This document shows, piece after piece, positions 48,562 through 52,527 of a stretch of DNA of 52,527 bases (position 1 is its first letter; every line of letters begins with the position of its first letter). The position numbers were made by a program, and so were the translations under genes. The notes beneath the pieces were generated by a model that did no database searches, was not told where the DNA came from, and saw nothing but the letters and a program-made list of their open reading frames with translations. The stretch comes from Dehalococcoidia bacterium (GTDB lineage: Bacteria > Chloroflexota > Dehalococcoidia > GIF9 > AB-539-J10): the NCBI GenBank assembly GCA_035530115.1, contig DATKVL010000107.1:1-52527 (forward strand), given 5' to 3'.

Positions 48562-49408
48562 GGAGTCTACCAAGATCGTGGGTGAGTTATACCCGGTTCT
48601 TGTGGCTAAGGATGGTCAGGTGATTGACGGTTTTCACAGGTTGGAGGATAATCCTGACTGGAAGACTGAGACGCTTGAACACATCGACTCTGAGGAGAAG
48701 CTGTTGTTGGCTAGGGCTATATCGAACTGGCATAGACGAGAGATTCCAAGAACGGAAAAGGAAAAATGGATTAACGGGCTGGCAAAAATCTACCAAAAAC
48801 AAGGACTAAAGATCAAAGGTAGTTTTCCTTTCAAAAACGAAATAGTCGAGAAGCTTGTGGAAGTAACAGCGTTAACACAACAGACTGTAAACAAGTACCT
48901 TGTCTACGAGTTTAAACAACCAGAAAAAGAATCACTTGCGCAAAAAAAGAAACCTACGATTCCCGCTTCTCAGCGGATTGAAACCGCACTTGGCTCAGAC
49001 TATGTTGAACGCCATGAAACCGAGGTCCTAGAGAAAGCATTGAAAGACCCTGACTTCATCGTGAAGGCAATCGAGAAAGCACCTGAGGTACTGTCACCCA
49101 AACGAGTAACTGTAGTGGATCGGCAGGGCTACCATAAGCCAACCATCGAGAGGACCGCGAAGAGAGAGGTAAGAGAGCGGGCCAAGGAAACCGAGGAAGA
49201 GCGTGAAACCTTCAAAGCTTCGCCTGCGATGAGAGACAAGTCACGGCTACTTAAGGCATGGCGATCACTAAGCGTCATACTAGCCTCATCAAAGGATTTG
49301 GTATGCCCCATCTGCGGCGGAGAAGCTGAGGCTATCCTAAGATGCCAAAAATGTGGTGAGATCCCATTATCAGAAGCACAGAGAATAGCACAGGAGGCGG
49401 TACAATGA
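48542..49408 (+). CDS. ParB-like nuclease-domain protein with a C-terminal Zn ribbon
   Basis: ATG 48542 after gaggagga; LVAKDGQVIDGFHRL (ParB N-terminal DG-x-HR motif); C-terminal CPICGGEAEAILRCQKCGE. Confidence 0.7.
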   Translation: MSEYNRKESTKIVGELYPVLVAKDGQVIDGFHRLEDNPDWKTETLEHIDSEEKLLLARAISNWHRREIPRTEKEKWINGLAKIYQKQGLKIKGSFPFKNEIVEKLVEVTALTQQTVNKYLVYEFKQPEKESLAQKKKPTIPASQRIETALGSDYVERHETEVLEKALKDPDFIVKAIEKAPEVLSPKRVTVVDRQGYHKPTIERTAKREVRERAKETEEERETFKASPAMRDKSRLLKAWRSLSVILASSKDLVCPICGGEAEAILRCQKCGEIPLSEAQRIAQEAVQ

Positions 49409-50235
49409 GCTACCTTGAAGCCCTAAACAAAAGGATTCCATCATACCCCTCTATCATCCCAAGAGAGTTTAACTTCATACGCGCCCTAGAACACATCCCA
49501 GACATCATGCCAAAGGCTAAAATAGTCGGAGCCACCGCAATAGCAAGCTCATCCGAGGAAATGAAACGAAGAACGGTTAAAACTGGAACAGACATCGTTT
49601 CAACCGTCAACAGAAACATGTTCAAACCCGACATAGAAGAACCGGGAACCGATTCACCCCTTGATATAGCTATTACTGGAAAAGAACTTGTTGAACAAGC
49701 CACCGAACACAACCCAGATGTCAACACCTGGACAGTAAAATCATTAGCCCTCGTCACGAAGCCTCTCATATCACATGAAAACTTTGACACATTGGATAGC
49801 ATAGTGAGAACCCTTAACGCACATAAGACCCTCGGAAGGAGCGCGGGGTTTACAGGCGTAATGAACCCCTACTACGAAACAAGACACCTGCTACAACAAA
49901 TGGGGCTATGGAGTAAAAAGGTAAGGGCCTCATATCGACCAAGATCAGTCTTGAAAACACATAAAATAATCGGTAAAACAGATGAAAGGTTTAACATAGG
50001 TTACGACACCCTTTTCTCCGAAACCTCTATTGCACAAAAATATTTCACCGAAGCTACAAGAAAAAACTCTAGGTTACTTGACGTAGGCATCCCAGAGCCA
50101 ATAATAAACCAAACCAATGGAGAACAGCTATTAGGTGAAACAGGCGCCATTGTATTCGCCCTAATGAAAAACAGTCAACGAATCGCAGCAGTTCTAGGAC
50201 CAGACATCCCCATCTACACATTTTCAAGGGAATAA
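49405..50235 (+). CDS. Hypothetical protein
   Basis: ORF track 276 aa, ATGA overlap. Confidence 0.6.
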   Translation: MSYLEALNKRIPSYPSIIPREFNFIRALEHIPDIMPKAKIVGATAIASSSEEMKRRTVKTGTDIVSTVNRNMFKPDIEEPGTDSPLDIAITGKELVEQATEHNPDVNTWTVKSLALVTKPLISHENFDTLDSIVRTLNAHKTLGRSAGFTGVMNPYYETRHLLQQMGLWSKKVRASYRPRSVLKTHKIIGKTDERFNIGYDTLFSETSIAQKYFTEATRKNSRLLDVGIPEPIINQTNGEQLLGETGAIVFALMKNSQRIAAVLGPDIPIYTFSRE

Positions 50236-50259
50236 CACCCCCCTCTTTTTTCTAAAGTT

Positions 50260-50313
50260 GACGGTAGGGGGTGGTGACGAAACGACCAAGATAAAGGTAG
50301 TTACCCCTCCGTC
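50260..50313 (+). other. Imperfect hairpin (GACGGtAGGGG ... CCCCTCCGTC) containing a TATA-less copy of GTGGTGACGAAACG
   Basis: Stem arms at 50260..50270 and 50304..50313; the GTGGTGACGAAACG copy at 50271..50284 opens only a 7-codon ORF. Confidence 0.4.
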
Positions 50314-50372
50314 AGTACCTATCTGGGTTAGGAGTATAAAGAGATTTCACCTCAAAACAGATCACCCAAAGT

Positions 50373-50415
50373 TTTATATATTTATTACCCGTACTTCACT
50401 GTGGTGACGAAGACG
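50373..50415 (+). promoter_or_regulatory. Motif A copy 3 (tttatatatttattacccgtacttcactgtggtgacgaagacg)
   Basis: About 35/42 identity plus 1 indel to copies 1 and 2; TATA ~27 nt upstream of GTG 50401. Confidence 0.65.
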
Positions 50416-50607
50416 GCTAACCAGAAATACCCCTCCTGTATCGGCGAGATGTACGAGCTGGGCGAGAAGTACATGGCCTCCAACTGCATGGGTTGCAGGG
50501 CCTTCAACGACTGCAGCGGGATAGGCGGCGGAGTCGAGACCACTAAGGCGAGCGTCCTGATCCCTGAGGAGCCCTCCACATGGGGCGAGATCCATTCGAG
50601 GTGGTGA
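50401..50607 (+). CDS. Small Cys-rich hypothetical protein
   Basis: ORF track 68 aa, GTG start within motif A; the antisense ORFs here are rejected. Confidence 0.55.
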   Translation: MVTKTANQKYPSCIGEMYELGEKYMASNCMGCRAFNDCSGIGGGVETTKASVLIPEEPSTWGEIHSRW

Positions 50608-50658
50608 AGATGGCTAAACTTAACTTGGTTGTCATCATACATAAAGTAGTCAAAGAAG

Positions 50659-50862
50659 ATGAAAACGAAAATGAAGGAAAAAGTGAAAGGCAAGTTCTAC
50701 GGTGACGACCCCCAAACACTACAGATAATCGGGGACCGCATCAGAAACGAGTTTGCCCCCGGCTGTAGCGTAAGCACACCGCTACCCACCGAAAAGGGCG
50801 ACTATCATATCCTGGTGAGCATCTTCACCACGACCCAAAACACATCTGAAAGGAGGACATGA
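50659..50862 (+). CDS. Hypothetical protein
   Basis: ORF track 67 aa; C-terminus SERRT encodes the next RBS. Confidence 0.5.
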   Translation: MKTKMKEKVKGKFYGDDPQTLQIIGDRIRNEFAPGCSVSTPLPTEKGDYHILVSIFTTTQNTSERRT

Positions 50863-50866
50863 GAAG

Positions 50867-51058
50867 ATGGAAAAAATATCCCGCTTTAAGGAAGATCTAC
50901 TAAAGGAAAAACTATGGATAGAATTAGGGAAACCACATCTCCCCTGCGATGATTACCATAATTGTTTAAACTGCATCCGAAAACCAAAATGCCCCATTGA
51001 AATTGAGTGGAAAAAACGTCAATCCATTAACACCCATGAAAGGAGGACAACAGAATGA
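50867..51058 (+). CDS. Small Cys-rich hypothetical protein
   Basis: ORF track 63 aa; aggaggaca RBS. Confidence 0.55.
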   Translation: MEKISRFKEDLLKEKLWIELGKPHLPCDDYHNCLNCIRKPKCPIEIEWKKRQSINTHERRTTE

Positions 51059-51474
51059 ACCTACGTTGTTTGCTAGGCTTCCACGCCTGGTTCTACTATG
51101 ATGAGTTCGGTACATTTGATTGTGATCGCCGCATCTGTCGAAGGTGCGGAAAAATAGAGAGCACATACTTGAACCCAGCCATGTTTAGCATAGATGTATA
51201 TGAGCCATGCGGGTTTGCCTCAAAAGAACAGAAATCACAGATCTTAGACCCGAAATACCAGATCAAAAAATATCAAGCGGCCCTAGATGAACTTATCGAG
51301 AAAAATAAGGAAAGACAACAATTTGAAAAACTATACCCAAACACTACACCAGAATTAACACGAAGTTCCTCAGAGTTGAATTTTCTGGAACGAAAAATAA
51401 TGGCAGATTACAACCAGAAAATCACCGAATTATCCATTGTTACCCATGCCAAGAGGACGGAGGAAACACAATGA
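51055..51474 (+). CDS. Hypothetical protein (N-terminal CxxC pair)
   Basis: ORF track 139 aa; ATGA overlap. Confidence 0.55.
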   Translation: MNLRCLLGFHAWFYYDEFGTFDCDRRICRRCGKIESTYLNPAMFSIDVYEPCGFASKEQKSQILDPKYQIKKYQAALDELIEKNKERQQFEKLYPNTTPELTRSSSELNFLERKIMADYNQKITELSIVTHAKRTEETQ

Positions 51475-51689
51475 AAAAACCCTTTTCGATACTGGATCTA
51501 GTCTGCGACGAGGAAGGAAACCTCGTCAAGACAGAGATTCATGAATACATTAAGAACTTAGAAGGAATAATCCAGAAGGTCAAGATCTGGTTAAATGGTC
51601 TAGGTTACTCAATGAGCCCTGAAACCTTCATCGAGAAGCGATACGAACTTGAATGCATCCTCGAAGGTAGGGAGTACGATCCAGAATGA
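51471..51689 (+). CDS. Hypothetical protein
   Basis: ORF track 72 aa; ATGA overlap. Confidence 0.55.
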   Translation: MKKPFSILDLVCDEEGNLVKTEIHEYIKNLEGIIQKVKIWLNGLGYSMSPETFIEKRYELECILEGREYDPE

Positions 51690-51726
51690 CCATTAACCCC
51701 AACGCCAAGAGGACGGATGGAGAACA

Positions 51727-52047
51727 ATGAGTCTAAAAGAAAAAATATTATCTGAAATGGTATTCCCCAATGAAATAATAGATCAAGCTAGAGAGACATT
51801 CAAAGCACTCCCATCAGAGAAAAAATCCGTACTACGATATGAGTACATAGTTGAGAGACTTGAAAGACAACGCCTATGGAATCTGGTTGCAGAACTCAAG
51901 AAAACTATCCTTGAATGTGACAATAATTACGATCATGATAACATGGACGAAATGGACGCCTTAGAACACTTCCAGAAATACCATGAGATACTGATGTCCA
52001 TTATCTCCACTCCAGAGAATAAACAGGAGGTAAAGATCGTTGGATGA
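51727..52047 (+). CDS. Hypothetical protein
   Basis: ORF track 106 aa; aagaggacgg RBS. Confidence 0.55.
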   Translation: MSLKEKILSEMVFPNEIIDQARETFKALPSEKKSVLRYEYIVERLERQRLWNLVAELKKTILECDNNYDHDNMDEMDALEHFQKYHEILMSIISTPENKQEVKIVG

Positions 52048-52213
52048 AGATATACCTAAAGTCTGCTATTACTGCGGAGATCCACTCGACTATGTGCCGA
52101 GTTGCCCTAACCAGTTAGATGAGGATCGTCCTCTGATAAAGTGGGTCTGCCGAGCCTGTTGGATGGAAAGACATGTTGACAAATCCATTAGATACACGGG
52201 GGTAAGGACATAA
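52040..52213 (+). CDS. Small Zn-finger protein (57 aa)
   Basis: TTG 52040; LDEDIPKVCYYCGDPLDYVPSCPNQLDEDRPLIKWVCRACW...; stop overlaps next ATG (TAATG). Confidence 0.45.
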   Translation: MDEDIPKVCYYCGDPLDYVPSCPNQLDEDRPLIKWVCRACWMERHVDKSIRYTGVRT

Positions 52214-52407
52214 TGGTGGCTACCTGTGACTTTTGTGACAACCCAGCATATAATACAATAACTATGTTCGGGGTAAAACGACTAAGACAACCAGGCGTCC
52301 TTCTTTGTAGAGAACATGATGAGGAATTTCAAGAAAAACTCGTTAAGCTAGTTAATGGTTACTTGGAGAAACGTAAATCCATTAAGAATCAAGAAAAGAG
52401 GACGTGA
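52213..52407 (+). CDS. Small Cys-containing hypothetical protein
   Basis: ORF track 64 aa; its C-terminus NQEKRT lies in the terminal repeat and encodes the RBS of the junction gene. Confidence 0.55.
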   Translation: MVATCDFCDNPAYNTITMFGVKRLRQPGVLLCREHDEEFQEKLVKLVNGYLEKRKSIKNQEKRT

Positions 52408-52527
52408 TACTATGTCAAGGACAGTGAAAATCGAAGATTGTAAGAAGGTAAACTGCTGGGCATTGAGAGAACTAAAATGGGGTGTTCTTTGCATCGCTAA
52501 AGAATGCATACACCCAGAGGCTCATAC
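52387..52527. repeat. Terminal direct repeat copy 2 (exact copy of 1..141)
   Basis: Same 141 nt as the window start; unique genome length 52,386 bp. Confidence 0.97.

Overview
This window is a complete genome of a head-tailed dsDNA virus. It encodes an HK97-fold major capsid protein, small and large terminase subunits, a portal and a TP901-type tape measure. The host is almost certainly an archaeon: there is an MCM replicative helicase, CTTATATA-type TATA boxes sit about 26 nt upstream of start codons (leaderless transcripts), and internal genes in operons use GGTGAT/GGAGG Shine-Dalgarno sites. The first 141 nt recur exactly as the last 141 nt, so the unique genome is 52,386 bp and is either circularly closed or terminally redundant. 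All roughly 100 credible genes lie on the + strand, and the minus-strand ORFs look like shadow ORFs. The genome divides into five modules. (i) From 48.3 kb through the junction to 8.2 kb is an AT-richer early block of tiny, often Cys/Zn-ribbon genes, plus a ParB-like nuclease-domain protein, a Gp37/Gp68 (DUF5131) protein, two ASCH-like proteins, a HAD phosphatase and a DNA methyltransferase. (ii) 8.4-19.3 kb holds a membrane protein, TerS/TerL, portal, a Mu-F-like head protein, a scaffold-like protein and the MCP. (iii) 19.3-27.9 kb is a nine-gene glycosyltransferase/methyltransferase island that includes a GDP-mannose-3,5-epimerase-like enzyme and sits inside the structural operon. This island is my best candidate for a novel system. 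(iv) 27.9-40.0 kb is the connector/tail module, with two homing-endonuclease insertions, the tape measure, a tail protein containing Asp-box (BNR) motifs, and a compositionally mosaic receptor-binding protein. (v) 40.1-48.1 kb is a cassette with repeated promoter and hairpin motifs, RHH and wHTH regulators, an AT-rich candidate origin and MCM. I recognised no tRNA, rRNA, CRISPR array or integrase. All functional calls rest on motif recognition by eye and need HMM or BLAST confirmation.
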